A stretch of DNA of 62,642 bases, filler included, from Stramenopiles sp. TOSAG23-2 (Eukaryota), in the NCBI GenBank assembly GCA_900128395.1. It is 11 parts of 11 records of this genome, joined end to end, with 100 filler letters (N's around TTAATTAATTAA, not from the genome) between each part and the next. Parts side by side here need not be neighbours in the genome. Positions count along the whole stretch, not along the records: positions 16,194 to 24,171 come from LT650252.1; positions 24,272 to 32,248 come from LT650253.1; positions 32,349 to 40,315 come from LT650254.1; 8 more parts are not named here. One strand, written 5' to 3'. Shown piece by piece: positions 21,716-34,044 of the stretch. Position 1 is the stretch's first letter; each line of letters begins with the position of its first letter. Below the pieces are notes generated by a model. The model was not told the origin of the DNA, did not search any database, and saw nothing but the letters and a program-made list of their open reading frames with translations. The position numbers were made by a program, and so were the translations under genes.

Positions 21716-24171
21716 TTAACTATTTTTCTCAAAAAATTTCTTAGTATAATAATCACTGTAATAATCAGAATAATAGGATGCATAAAAATTTGCATAATGT
21801 ATTGCTTTGGATGTTTGCGTTGTTGTTCTAGCATCGCAATATACGCAATAGCTAGATATACCTTGCGAATGGCACATGTAGCAATAATATCTTTGTTCCG
21901 GTGTTTGTGACAATGTTTCTACTAACGTTGGGCTTAATGCATGTGTTAATGCACGTGTAATTGTTTTTACTAATGCCATGGTTGATGATGTATATAATTG
22001 ATTTGGAACTATCCATATATATAAAGAAGTATAGTGTTTTTTGTATTGTTAGATATTGTATATTTTAGATCATATATGTTTGAGTTATATGCTGTGGGAG
22101 ACGTAAAAATTTATAGTAAAATGTATGGATCTATAATATATACTTACGCATGGTAGTCAACATCGTTTTCACACCATGTGTAGTTGCTATGGAAACCGTA
22201 TTGCCAATAGAATGTTCAATGGCATGAGTTAAACTAATTCTTATTGATTCCATAACTGATTCAGATAAACTATGAATTAAATGATTTGCTAATTGTGGCC
22301 TTACTTGTTCATATACTTGTGTGGCTACTTCTTCTGTCATATCAGCAACTACATCTTCATATACATGTTTTTTCAAATATGGAATCACAGTATCACTTTT
22401 ACCAAATCCTGGGGCACTGGATCCGAGCCCACCTAATATGCCACCTATTAACGTTCCAACGATGCCTATGACGACGCCCATAGCCGGGGGTAACATTTTC
22501 GTATTTGTTGTAGTTGTCATTTTCGAAGTAGTGCGGCTTAATAAGTTTCTTCTTCTTGTTGTTGGTGGTGGTGCTATTTTATTGCCAGTGGATGGAGTTT
22601 CCTTTTCTGATGATGGTGATGTTCCTTCCTTCTTAGACCTTAAAAGACGGTGCGTAAATGCAAGAAGACGTCTATTACGTCCGTGTCGCCTTCTTGATTG
22701 TGGTGAGGTGAATCCACGTCCTGTATATGGATTAAAATTGTTCCAATGCTCTCTATCCTTTGTACTAAAACCACCTTGTGGAAGCGTGTCTGGTGTCGTT
22801 ACTTTACGACTAACAAGTGACGATCCGCCTCCTGGCTGTACATTTATGAGTCTACCAAGATCTGTATTTGTATTTAGTTTCGGTTTCTGTATAAACTTTC
22901 CCTCTCTCCAATTTTTCCTATTTTCTGCTTGCAATGGGTCAAAATTTGATTGTATTTCTTGACCCACGTGGTCTCTTCCGTTTTCTAGACTAAATATACT
23001 GTCAACATCAGTATTCACACTAGGGACGGCGTAACTAACACCTATACCATTAACGTCACCATTGCTGGAAGTATGTGTGAGTTCGGCGGAGGCGCCCAAC
23101 GAAGCCTTAAATGTTTGGTGATGTGGTTGCCATTTGTCGTCGACTTTTACCATCGTTGTACCAAGGTTTCCCTTTACCGCGTTAGCAGAGAATTCAACTG
23201 AATCTTGACCTGGTGTAAACCCTCGATTCGTACCCGCTGTAATCTGCGGTCCACTGAATTCCTTGCTTTTTGTGATTTGTTGTACGTGGTTGCCGTTTTT
23301 GTTTGTAAACGAGCGAATATGCGTAGAATCAACTGTTTGGGCAGCGTGTCCCCGTATAAACCCATTTTTTCCCTGCACAGTATTTGTTTCTCGAGATGTA
23401 TATATTTTATCTCCATTCCTAGGATCAGTATTAAAAGTTTGAACAACGTCCCTCCTAAGATTATTGGGTTGTCTACGCGTGATTGATGCGCCTCCTCTGC
23501 TCGTTGTAGATGTTCTTGTTCCGCCAAATTCAGTTTGTCGTAGATATGAATCCCCGGGTTGGCTATATATATTGTCTGGTGTAAATCGTTGAGTAACCTT
23601 ATAACGTCCGTTTTCATCAACTGTTGTCACTATACCCCCATTTGCATCATATGCTGCGTTTGGTGGTAGTCCTCTATATGTTGGGGTGGGATTAGCATAG
23701 TTTTCGAGGTTAGCTTTATTTTTATTTTCGAAGCGTTTTCTTGAGCCTTGTTCAACATGACTATCCCCTTGATAATCCCATTTATCCGTATTTGGGTTGT
23801 AAGAAAAAGGTTCATCCTTTCCATCAATTTTTACAACTTTTTGATCTCCAAGCTGTGGCCCTTCCCTAACCCAACTACCCTCTTTTGTCTGTACCCATTT
23901 GTCGTCTTTCGAAACACCATATGCGTTTTGGATATCGGTTTGTTTTTGTATCTCTTGGCGTTGTTTTTGTATCTCTTGACGTTCATGAGCAAGTTGGCTT
24001 CCACGACAATTGCGGTTGGTACATCGTGGTGTTGCAGGTGAAGCTTCTTGTTCTTTTGGCGATACGTATCTACCCGATGGATTATCACGATTGTATTGAG
24101 CCTGCTGGTCAGCAAAATCGGATGCTTTCTGGCCCATTTCCCCTTTTGTAGGCGGCCGACCAGTCGACACG
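21716..24171 (-). CDS. Uncharacterised protein with C-terminal CxxC..CxxC and YYSDYYSDYY tail; 5' partial; exons 24171-22148 and 22008-21716
   Basis: Minus-strand intron GTAAGT(22147)...TAG(22009) joins ORF 22131-24170 in frame to ORF 21716-21979 (..TTM-L-PNQLYTSSTMALVKT..). RRLL-type basic sites are followed by a hydrophobic Gly-rich segment. Confidence 0.75.
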
Positions 24172-24271
24172 NNNNNNNNNNNNNNNNNNNNNNNNNNNNN
24201 NNNNNNNNNNNNNNNTTAATTAATTAANNNNNNNNNNNNNNNNNNNNNNNNNNNNNNNNNNNNNNNNNNNN

Positions 24272-25475
24272 AATAAAAACAAGATGCTAGGAAATAAATA
24301 AGCAATATCACAAATGTTAGCCAAAGAAAAACATATGTTGCTATCCAATACTCATTTGCTCTGATATGCATGCAATTTCGTCGTACGTCTTTCTGAGACA
24401 GTCCGAAGCCCCATGTATCGGGGTAATTCAAATTTGAGGCAATTTCCATACATTTTTGTCGCAATAGATCATAATCAGAAATGGATTGGCATGGCATGTT
24501 TTCATACATTTGATATTCATATAACAAGTCTCCATTTGGCCATAATTTTGTTGGAAGTTGGGCAATCTGAATCGTTGAACCAAATTGAATATTTTTTCGT
24601 AGCTTACTATCATATATATACGTTGGTTTATGATAACGCAACGTTGGATATCGTTCCACTTGTTTCGTTCCAATATTATTCATAAATGTATATAATGATA
24701 ATACATTAAAAACAAATGTTAAAAACAATAACATAGTTACATATTTGAATTTTCTTTTTGTTTTGATGGAAACCTTTGCAGTGCCACAGCAACAACATGT
24801 CCCTTCACGAGTTTCACAGCAACCAAAGCAAGATATTAATAAATATACCATGCCAACAAAGCAAAATATGAAAATAGATGATATTGCAGATTCATTCAAA
24901 GAACATTTTTGCATTGGAAACTGGCATGGTTTCATCGGATCCCTACTCACATCATCTTGCGGTTCAAATATAAAATCTTTTTCACATTCTCGTTGAGGCT
25001 TTCCGCCAATTTCTTGTCTTTCAGCATTGTTAAGGTTGTACTGGACTTCTGGATTGCAAAAACCACAATAATTACCTCCCACCCTTGTCCGTCTCAATTT
25101 GCAATTTCCGCATTTGTAATCAGGTTCAATAATTTGTCCAGCAGCTGTAAATTGATTAACACTTGCTGGTATTGCAAAACTAAAAATTAATAGTACAAAG
25201 ATGACATAAAATGGAATTATGTACGGAGATAGGAGATTAACTGGGCAAGCATTTGAGCAAGATTTGCAAGAATCTGTTTGACAACAACATTCCATATAAC
25301 AACATTCCCCTTCCTTGATTTCTCTTTTTCTTCTGCTTGCAGTTCCAGCTGCGTTTCGAACGCCATTATTGTAATTTTGTTGTTGTATTGTTTGTTGTAT
25401 TATTCGATTATTTGAATATTGTTGTTGTTGTGGTTGCTGTAATTGGCCTCTTACATTTTTTACACTATTTAACAT
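24272..25475 (-). CDS. Cys-rich multi-pass membrane protein of unknown function, 3' partial
   Basis: Four or more hydrophobic segments, with Cys clusters (CCYMECCCQTDSCKSC, CFGCC..CCCC) next to TM segments. Probable start MLNSVKN at 25475. Confidence 0.7.
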
Positions 25476-26564
25476 TATTATATTATAATTATAAATATTC
25501 AATCTATAAATATATATATATATATATATATTATATAATAATAGAATATATAATGATATGAACGGTAAATATTATTATTAAATACAATATAGCAATAATT
25601 GTGGTAGTATAATAATCCTTCTCTCTTTGTGATATGTACTATCCATATGGATCTATCTATCTATCTATATCTATCTATCACTTACACTCTTACATATCTT
25701 ATAAATATATAATATATATAACTCGCGTTTAGCCATTGTTGTGTCACGTGTTAAAGTTGACACACACAAAACGGTGTTTTTGATCCAATATTGATAGGAT
25801 TTTTTGCCATATTAAGCACACGTTTCGGTACTCTTTTCCTCATCTCGTGCACACCATTCCTTATTTTTTTAAGTTTATATAATGATATATTATTATTCAA
25901 GTTTATACTGTTTAAGTTGTAAATATAATAAAAAAGCTAGTCTTATCCCCTATCAGAGTTGTACTTAATGAAGAATTAAGAATACCAAGCGAAAAACAGA
26001 GTAATTCTAATTCTCCTCTCTCCTCATATGCCAATATAAAAAAAGATATATCTCGTGATCATCTGAAGTTATCAAAATATTTCCGAACTATACCCTATAA
26101 TTATTTCATCTTTAAGACTTGATTAAAACTACCAATTGCACAATTTCACATAAATAATGATACTATTAATCCAAATTATCATATTTTCCTATGGATATTG
26201 AAATGTATACTATATATATACTAATAAATATATTAAAATACAAAAATGACAAAACTAGAAAATGAATAAATGAATTATTTTGAGAAAAACACTTCAATAA
26301 AAAATAGAAAATATATATTTACATCAAGATATATATATACATATACATTTTAATATTATCCATAACCATTAATAATATTCACTTACGAATCACAGTGTTC
26401 TCATCATTTAATACATTTTGCACGTGCGTGTGTCTCTGTGGGTCTTAGTATCAGTTGTTTTAATTTTTTTAAATTTTTTTTCAAAATTAAAATCATCAAA
26501 AAATAACCAAATTTTCAATTTTTTTTTTTAAACACACAAGTAAAAATATTTGTAGTTAACACCA

Positions 26565-27914
26565 ATGACATCAATCACCACCACCACCACCACTTCTATG
26601 GAAATAGAAAATGATACCATCGTTGAAATGATGAAATTATTAAAAGAATCAACATGGAATATCAAGGAAGTGTTAGAATTATTCACCACTTCATCCGATA
26701 TTTCAAACCTCTTTACATCGTTAGAAACAGCATATAAACATGATTTTGATGAAACAAAACGTTTACGATTATTATCTGTATTTTCATTAGCACCAAAAGA
26801 AATACATGAAAAATATAAAAATGAAATATTATCGATTGTCAAACTATCAAAAGAATTATCAGTAGATAATACATGGAATAAATTTCTATCAACTTTATTG
26901 GAAACAATCTTAAATGATGATACAAATGGAATTGATAATGGATTATTACAACAAGAAATTCAAACGATTTTAACTACTACGACTAATAATGATAGTAATA
27001 CAGAAGAAGACAAACAATTGATGATGAAATTCAATATATCATTTCTACCAAAACAATTTATGTATATGGAAACAAACGAATTACCAACATTTATTTTGGA
27101 TTCAATATCAAATAAAGATGAAGAAGAAAAACATTTTATACCACGTCCAAAACCATCGATGAATGCATCTACCAATAATAACGAGGATGTAATACGAGAA
27201 GGTTCATCTACTACATCCTCTACTACAACATCAGGTACCAAACGAAAAATGGTTGAAAAAGCAAAAATAGAACGATATGATCCATTGTCAGATCCAAATA
27301 ATAACCATATAAATAAACAACCAAGACTTATTAAACCACCAATATTTTCAGTAGAACCATCATCCACAACAAATAACAACAACAACAACAATAACAATAC
27401 AGAACCACCACCGAAACCATTACAACCACATTTTTGTGAACAAATAGAATTGATTATTAAAAATGCAGATCGTGCAGTCTTTTTACCACGTCGGGAAGAA
27501 ATTGTACGTGCATTTATGAAAAATCCAAAGGATATCAATTATGCAAAAAAAACACGGCAAGGTGTATTAGCAGTTCCATTGACAAAGAAAATAGTGGAAG
27601 AGAATGATGAATATGTGAAGTTTGAATTATCCGTATTATTATTAAGTTTTAAACAAGGTGGATGGAAATATAAACCAAAAACATATAAAAAAATGCGTAA
27701 AAGACCACAACCACAATCAAGTATCATAAACAATCCACATGATATTCGTCGATCTGGTAGTAGTAATATGAATGGTACACCTTCATATTATGGAATGTCA
27801 CCTAGTCCAAGTGCAAGTCCACCATTGGGTACGTCCCCACCAATGGGTATGTCCCCACCAATGGGTATGTCACCACCAATGTCACCCAATGGTGCATCGC
27901 CACCATACCAGTAG
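26565..27914 (+). CDS. NELFA: Negative elongation factor A (NELF-A/WHSC2) homologue
   Basis: N-terminal W..LFT..KRLRLLSVFSLAPK..EILSIVKLS..DNTW..LL parallels metazoan KLKLLLGTLHLP..EIIQLA..DPWV. FLPKQFMYM ~ LPLECQYL and KHFIPRPKP ~ KHFQLKRKP. C-terminal KNADR..EIVRAFM..VPLT..LLLSFKQGGWKY ~ KTANK..LILGFM..IKLS..FEMNYATGQWTR. Comparisons are from memory of the human sequence. Confidence 0.72.
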   Translation: MTSITTTTTTSMEIENDTIVEMMKLLKESTWNIKEVLELFTTSSDISNLFTSLETAYKHDFDETKRLRLLSVFSLAPKEIHEKYKNEILSIVKLSKELSVDNTWNKFLSTLLETILNDDTNGIDNGLLQQEIQTILTTTTNNDSNTEEDKQLMMKFNISFLPKQFMYMETNELPTFILDSISNKDEEEKHFIPRPKPSMNASTNNNEDVIREGSSTTSSTTTSGTKRKMVEKAKIERYDPLSDPNNNHINKQPRLIKPPIFSVEPSSTTNNNNNNNNNTEPPPKPLQPHFCEQIELIIKNADRAVFLPRREEIVRAFMKNPKDINYAKKTRQGVLAVPLTKKIVEENDEYVKFELSVLLLSFKQGGWKYKPKTYKKMRKRPQPQSSIINNPHDIRRSGSSNMNGTPSYYGMSPSPSASPPLGTSPPMGMSPPMGMSPPMSPNGASPPYQ

Positions 27915-27984
27915 ATGAACAATCCATGTCACCACCAATGTCACCCAATGGTGCATCGCCACCATACCAGTAGATGAACAATCC
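27867..27984. repeat. Exact tandem duplication, 59-bp unit, spanning the NELF-A stop codon
   Basis: 27867-27925 repeated at 27926-27984. Confidence 0.92.
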
Positions 27985-28278
27985 ACACGTGGTATTTGCG
28001 ATCTGGTATAGTAGTGGTATGAATGGTACATTTTGATCATATTGTGGAATGTCCCCACCAAATTGGGTATGTCACCACATACCAGTGGATGGGAGAGATG
28101 AGAGACTCGTGTAGTGTTAATATAATTATTTAAAATAACAGTATTTTCTTTTTTTAGTAAAACATTTTTATATGTTTGTAACCATATAAATATTATAAGT
28201 ATCTTACAGATAATAAAGAGCAAATTAAGCATTTCTATAAATTATAAAAATTTTTTACAAGTGTTTTTTATATATACA

Positions 28279-28557
28279 TTATGATAAAGAATTATTACTC
28301 TCTTCTTTCAATTGTTTTAATGACACAGTCAATACTTTGCCATCTATAACATAATTATGCATATTATCAATTGCATCTGCTGCATCATTTGCTTCTTCAT
28401 ATTGTACAAATGCAAATGAATGATTATCTACTTTCTTAATACTTTGTATTGGTCCAAAAGGTATAAATAAATGTTCAATTTTATTTTCTTCCAAATTATT
28501 AATATTCCCAACAAAAATGACACGACGTTGTTTTGTTGCCAATGCCATGTCTGTCAT
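28279..28557 (-). CDS. Small stand-alone RRM protein resembling the cyclophilin-E (PPIE) RRM
   Basis: RVIFVGNI, LFIPFGPI, SFAFVQYEEANDAADAIDNM. No cyclophilin domain. First ATG 28557. Confidence 0.75.
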   Translation of the reverse strand: MTDMALATKQRRVIFVGNINNLEENKIEHLFIPFGPIQSIKKVDNHSFAFVQYEEANDAADAIDNMHNYVIDGKVLTVSLKQLKEESNNSLS

Positions 28558-29423
28558 CTTTCTTCTTCTTTCCAATATATATTATACTATCTATTATATA
28601 TATATATATGTTTACTATTTTCTTATCTTTTCTGTTCTTCTACTGCTGCTCTTGTTCCTTCCAATATAATTGATTTTGATGAATTCAATGAATCCTCCAC
28701 ACTGCACAAATACGACATTTTGTTTGTTTTAAGGAAAATGCCCTATTATGAGGGCCGATCGATATTGTGGTCAATGCACACAGCATCGGCTATATAGCAT
28801 AGACACAGTATTGGGAGAGTTGATAAATATCAAAGATAAAAATTGTGATAGGAGTCGAAAACAGTAGTGTTAGTGTCGCTAAAACCACACCATTTTAATA
28901 TTTTTTATGATGCATTTTTTAATTATAATTAGTGTTATTAATTTTCTATAACAGCACAGTATGGGAAAAGTATTAAGAACATCCTCCATTATTTTCCAGG
29001 TACATAGCATGGGAGAAATAGCAGGTACACACAGTGTAATATTGAGAATTAGAATGTCAAAAAGTTAAAGTACCTTAACCCTTAACCTTTTTTTGCTGCC
29101 AAGTGTGCAAGTGCCCAACCACCAACCAGAGAGAACAACAACAGACTTTTTTTTATAATGTACATGGCATAACTATATATATTAATATTCATAATAAGAA
29201 AAATATAAAAGTTATAATACACATAAATATAGGATAAAATTAGAATATTCATCGCATTTTGTCCATGCACTTAATATTGGTAGATGATACACCAGAGGCT
29301 TTGCCCCTTGCACTTTAGGAAAGGTTTGTTTAATCTCTGTGTATATATGTGTGAAGACGGAAGAACAAAAAGAAAAGAAAAAGTATAGATTCAAAATCAA
29401 ACATATCAAAATCAAACAACACC

Positions 29424-30482
29424 ATGTTTCATATCAATAAAATATTAAAATTAACAAGATGGAAAAATAAATATATGAAACGTATTTTCACCACCACCTC
29501 CACTACTACTACTACTACTAAGACATCGTCATCTGAAGCAAAAGAAATAAATGAATTAATGAAACGTTTACCATTTTATAAAGATAATATTGAACAACAT
29601 ATTACACAAATTGAAAATGATGATTTAAACCGTGGAAAAATAGAATTTGATTTACCACCACCTTTAACCATGGAAGAATGTAAAACAATAAATAATGTAA
29701 AATACAATACATGGGGAGATTATTTCATTGGTAGAAAATGGGATGAAAAATGCATCAACAATCGATTAACATTGCAAACACTTAGTGGTGCATTATCAAC
29801 AACATTAACATTATATGATGCGATTTGGTGGTCTTTCATGGAAAAAAAAGAAAACATGAATAATATGAATAATAATACATTGTTGTCTTCTTCTTCACCA
29901 TATTATGAAATACATATAATTGGTGCTGCAAATGAAAATGAAGGTGCATTATTAAATTCTGGATGGGTGTTTGAAGAATTAATTAATTTAATTGATGTTG
30001 GTAAACCAATACATCTAAGTTTCATTGGACCAGAAATTGCAACGACGAAGGAACACATTGAATTAATTGAACATAAATTATATATAAGTTGTTATACAAA
30101 TGATTATATATCATTTAAACAACAACTACAAATGAAGAAACAAGATGATAATGGTATGCAAGACATTAATTCACCATCAATAGCGATGTGTTTAAATAGT
30201 GGTGTAGGTACAGATTCATTATTATGGGAAGAAACAATACATTTATTATTAGCAGAAAAAGATGTTACATTACGATTAACATCATTTGATGAATTAGATA
30301 GTCAAATGGATTGCAATGCACTAGATACATTTCAATCGAAATCATCATTGCATGATGAACGTCAAACATATATCAATCCATTTGGTAGTACAATGGGTGA
30401 AATACGAACTGGTAAACAAGGGGAAGCATCTGCTATACCACGTGTTGGTTATTCTAATTGTTTCATACATTCATATCATTAA
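29424..30482 (+). CDS. MSS51/ZMYND15 C-terminal-domain protein with a mitochondrial-presequence-like N-terminus
   Basis: WGDYF..R, LSGALSTTLTL, IHIIGA..E, LSFIGPE, LNSG, W..TI..L, TSFDELD..D and NPFGS follow the MSS51_C motif order. The N-terminus is basic and free of acidic residues. Confidence 0.68.
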   Translation: MFHINKILKLTRWKNKYMKRIFTTTSTTTTTTKTSSSEAKEINELMKRLPFYKDNIEQHITQIENDDLNRGKIEFDLPPPLTMEECKTINNVKYNTWGDYFIGRKWDEKCINNRLTLQTLSGALSTTLTLYDAIWWSFMEKKENMNNMNNNTLLSSSSPYYEIHIIGAANENEGALLNSGWVFEELINLIDVGKPIHLSFIGPEIATTKEHIELIEHKLYISCYTNDYISFKQQLQMKKQDDNGMQDINSPSIAMCLNSGVGTDSLLWEETIHLLLAEKDVTLRLTSFDELDSQMDCNALDTFQSKSSLHDERQTYINPFGSTMGEIRTGKQGEASAIPRVGYSNCFIHSYH

Positions 30483-30847
30483 TCAATACATCAGAGGATG
30501 GGGGCATTTAACACACTGCAGGGCACCGCCGGGTCACACACACCCTTTGATGAATGTCAAGCAGTGATGATTATCATATATATAAAGAAGGGAAAGGTGT
30601 GATGGGATGGAGATGTATATATATATATATATATTATGATATATATATGATACCTCTATGATACTAGTATCATATGATAGAGATGTGTACATATGAAATA
30701 TACTTTTTTAAAAAAATGTTATACAAAATAATACACGATGCATAATGATTTTATGATTTTACACATTTATTCACTAGGATGCATCTCACACACTTGTGAA
30801 AGTCGAATGAACATGTGTGAAACAATTGGAGATCTACATTTATTAAA

Positions 30848-31804
30848 TCACTTCGCAATACCAAATCTAATTAATAAATCAATTAACTTGTTGTATTCAA
30901 ATGTTTTTGCACGTGTTAATGGTGTATGTCCATAACAATTCGTTTGCTCCAATGAATCATGAATATCATTTAGATGATGATGTAATAAATATTCTATTAC
31001 ATCATATGAATTGTTTCTACACCCAGCTAAAAAGGGCGTTGTTTGATATTGATCAATTTGATTAAATTTCAATGGCACCATATCATTAACATCATTCAAT
31101 GCATCATTACTTCCATTTACATTTACATTCAATGAACTGCTTTCAATTAACAATTTTAACTCATTTAATTTATTCATACAACATAATATAAAAAATGGTG
31201 TCTCGCCATTATCATTACTTTGATTGAAATCAATCAAGGGTGTATTTAATAAAGATTTAATAATATTACTATTTGCAACACTAGTAGGACCAGCACATGC
31301 AATCGTTAATGCAGTTTCACCTTTTTCTTTACCTTTTTCAACCATTTTATTTACATTGATGTTGTTTGTTTGTAATAATAATTGTACGTTTCTATCAAAA
31401 CCCTGTTGTATTGCAATATGTAACGGCGTCATACCATTCATTTTATCGACTTTATTCACATCAATTGTATCTTGTACCAATAATTTTTTGATCTTATTGT
31501 AATGTTCTTCTTCTCGTTTCGTTGTCTCCCCTTGTTGCTGATTGTTATTGGTAGTAGTATCAGGTGGAATAATAGCATTACATGTTTCACATAATTCATA
31601 TAAAATTGTTTTACCATTTGGTTGATAATTATTAATTATGTCATCAGCAGCATTTAATATTATTATATTTTTCTTTATCTTTCTTATCTTTGTGAAAATG
31701 AAAGATACATATGTATTTTCATGTTTATTTTTCATTACCATCGATGTCATCTTTGCTTCTATATATTTTTCATTTTGTCTTTTTTGTTTTTCTATACCTA
31801 ACAT
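30848..31804 (-). CDS. Ankyrin-repeat protein
   Basis: GMTPLHIA, GETALTIA, GETPFFIL, QTTPFLAG and GHTPLTRA repeats. Confidence 0.88.
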   Translation of the reverse strand: MLGIEKQKRQNEKYIEAKMTSMVMKNKHENTYVSFIFTKIRKIKKNIIILNAADDIINNYQPNGKTILYELCETCNAIIPPDTTTNNNQQQGETTKREEEHYNKIKKLLVQDTIDVNKVDKMNGMTPLHIAIQQGFDRNVQLLLQTNNINVNKMVEKGKEKGETALTIACAGPTSVANSNIIKSLLNTPLIDFNQSNDNGETPFFILCCMNKLNELKLLIESSSLNVNVNGSNDALNDVNDMVPLKFNQIDQYQTTPFLAGCRNNSYDVIEYLLHHHLNDIHDSLEQTNCYGHTPLTRAKTFEYNKLIDLLIRFGIAK

Positions 31805-32778
31805 CCTCTAACACCCTGTCATCACGTATATTAATATGTAGTATATATTAATCAACACAACAAAAAGGACAATTATTTTGACTTTTGTTTTAGTTTGAGG
31901 ATGAATGAATGAAATATAAGGAGAGAGGAGAGAGGAATGATTAGATAGAAATATAAAACATCGAAAGAAAAAAATAATATTAAACGATATATATATATAA
32001 CTAAGTGGAAATTTATCATACATTTATACATATCATTATATTTATCAAAAGAAAAATACTATTAAACGATATATATATAACAAAGTGGAAATTGATTTTT
32101 ATACATATATACGGACGAAATTATATTTATATACATTATATAAGGAGATTTTGACATATATATATAATAAAGAATAAGAATTAGTCAACATAAAACAGAC
32201 AAAATGTGCATTGGTGAAACATTTTGTGGAAAAGATTCCGATGAAGTANNNNNNNNNNNNNNNNNNNNNNNNNNNNNNNNNNNNNNNNNNNNTTAATTAA
32301 TTAANNNNNNNNNNNNNNNNNNNNNNNNNNNNNNNNNNNNNNNNNNNNAAAATCTCTCGACATCAATAATAAGTAACCTCCCCTTTGTCTTTCTTTTTCA
32401 ATGTATTGCGAAATGAATTTGTATTTCTTAAATCTTGATTGCTATTGAAACTGCGAACGACTGGCAATGGTACACGTCGTCGTTTTGTTTTATCCGTCTC
32501 CCGTTTTAATTTTTTATTAATCAATGCTAATTTTTTTCGTTTTTCTCCCAAAAAAAAAAAACAATTCTACAATATTTATTGAATTTATCTTTGTCGAATA
32601 CGTCTAATGTGTCCACTATCAGCTATATGTATATATACAATGTGTCAAATGTTTTCCACTGTCCACACTGTCCGTATTGCTTTAATATATATTACAATAT
32701 TTATTGCTTTTGGATACAGAAAAAATATCTTTTATTAATTTTTAACGGATTTGCATTTTTTGGTCAAGCACAAATTAT

Positions 32779-33021
32779 ATTGAAAAATTATTTTTCCCCA
32801 TAGTGACTAGTGTTAATTTCTTAGCTGAAATCTATATATATTAGTATATACATTTCCGTGGTTTCTTCCTATCAAATGCCTCAAAAAATCGAAATTCTAT
32901 TGAAAAATTATTTTTCCTCGTAGTGACGACTAGTGTTAATTTCTTAGCTGACGTCTAACTATATATATTAGTATATACATTTCCGTGGTTTCTTCCTATC
33001 AAATGCCTCACAAAAATCGAT
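32779..33021. repeat. Imperfect tandem duplication, ~120-bp unit
   Basis: 32779-32892 vs 32899-33021, with small indels and substitutions. A similar diverged pair lies at about 31978-32110. Confidence 0.85.
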
Positions 33022-33189
33022 CGTTAGGCACACGTTACTTTTTTTTACGAAAACATATATATATAATGATTGATATGGTAGATGTTGTACGATGAACGAG
33101 GAGGGAGATGAATGAAGTGTAATGTACAGGTTGTTGATGGAAAAGAAGAGGATAGAACGATATATATATATATATATATAAATAAATAA

Positions 33190-33760
33190 TGTCGAATGTA
33201 CCAGATAATGAACAAAAGAATGGTGATGGGAAAACATCGGAGGAGGAAGATATTGTATTAGTAGCCCAAATCGTCGTGGTCGTGGTGGTAGGCGAAGTCG
33301 ACAAGGTAGAGATGATGGAACGTTATTTTCCCAAGAAGAAAAACAGTTCCATATGATAATTTTCCACAAAAAAAATCTCCAATTAAGTTTGGATCAAAAT
33401 ATCCAGTAGTAACACTCAACGACAAAATATGCTATGGCGCATACCAACGAAAAGAAATAGCGTTAGCAAGAGCGGATTGCATATTGATGATGTTACAAAA
33501 ACCAACAAATCAAAAAGTTAAAGGCTACAGATTTGGATTAATGCAAATGGCGAAAATGATGATGAAAGTATTATTCATATTAATGCAAATGGTGGATCTA
33601 TTAGTACTACTCGCAAATTACCAGCTCGCAGCAGCAATTCTAATAGTAGTAGTGGATCAAGAAATAATAATTTTACAACTCAAACTTTGATTAATAATAA
33701 TAGCAATCATCAAAGGGATATATTGACCAGAAGGAACGATTCAACAACTTCTTGCTAGAC
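33190..33760 (+). pseudogene. Coding-like but multiply frameshifted stretch (possible pseudogene)
   Basis: Starts MSNVPDNEQKNGDGK at 33190. Plausible low-complexity peptide continues in changing frames (SSPNRRGRGGRRSRQG; NMLWRIPTKRNS; IWINANGENDDE), but no single long ORF exists. Confidence 0.3.
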
Positions 33761-34044
33761 TAAGTATATTAAAAGGTATACTAAATATGAATTCCTATAT
33801 ATATATCCACCAAATCTTGAAGAATTGTGGGCTGATGTGGCACTCTTCATTCTTGCATGCACTTTTTATCTCACAAAAGATACATACTACTCTATACAGA
33901 TGAAGAATGATGAATGGCGAATTGATGGAAAATATAGTAGTGAATATAGTAATATATATATATAACTTATTAAACACCATCACGTTGAAGAATACAAGGA
34001 GCAAATATAACCCTAACCAACTCTAAAAAGAAATTCGAATAAGG

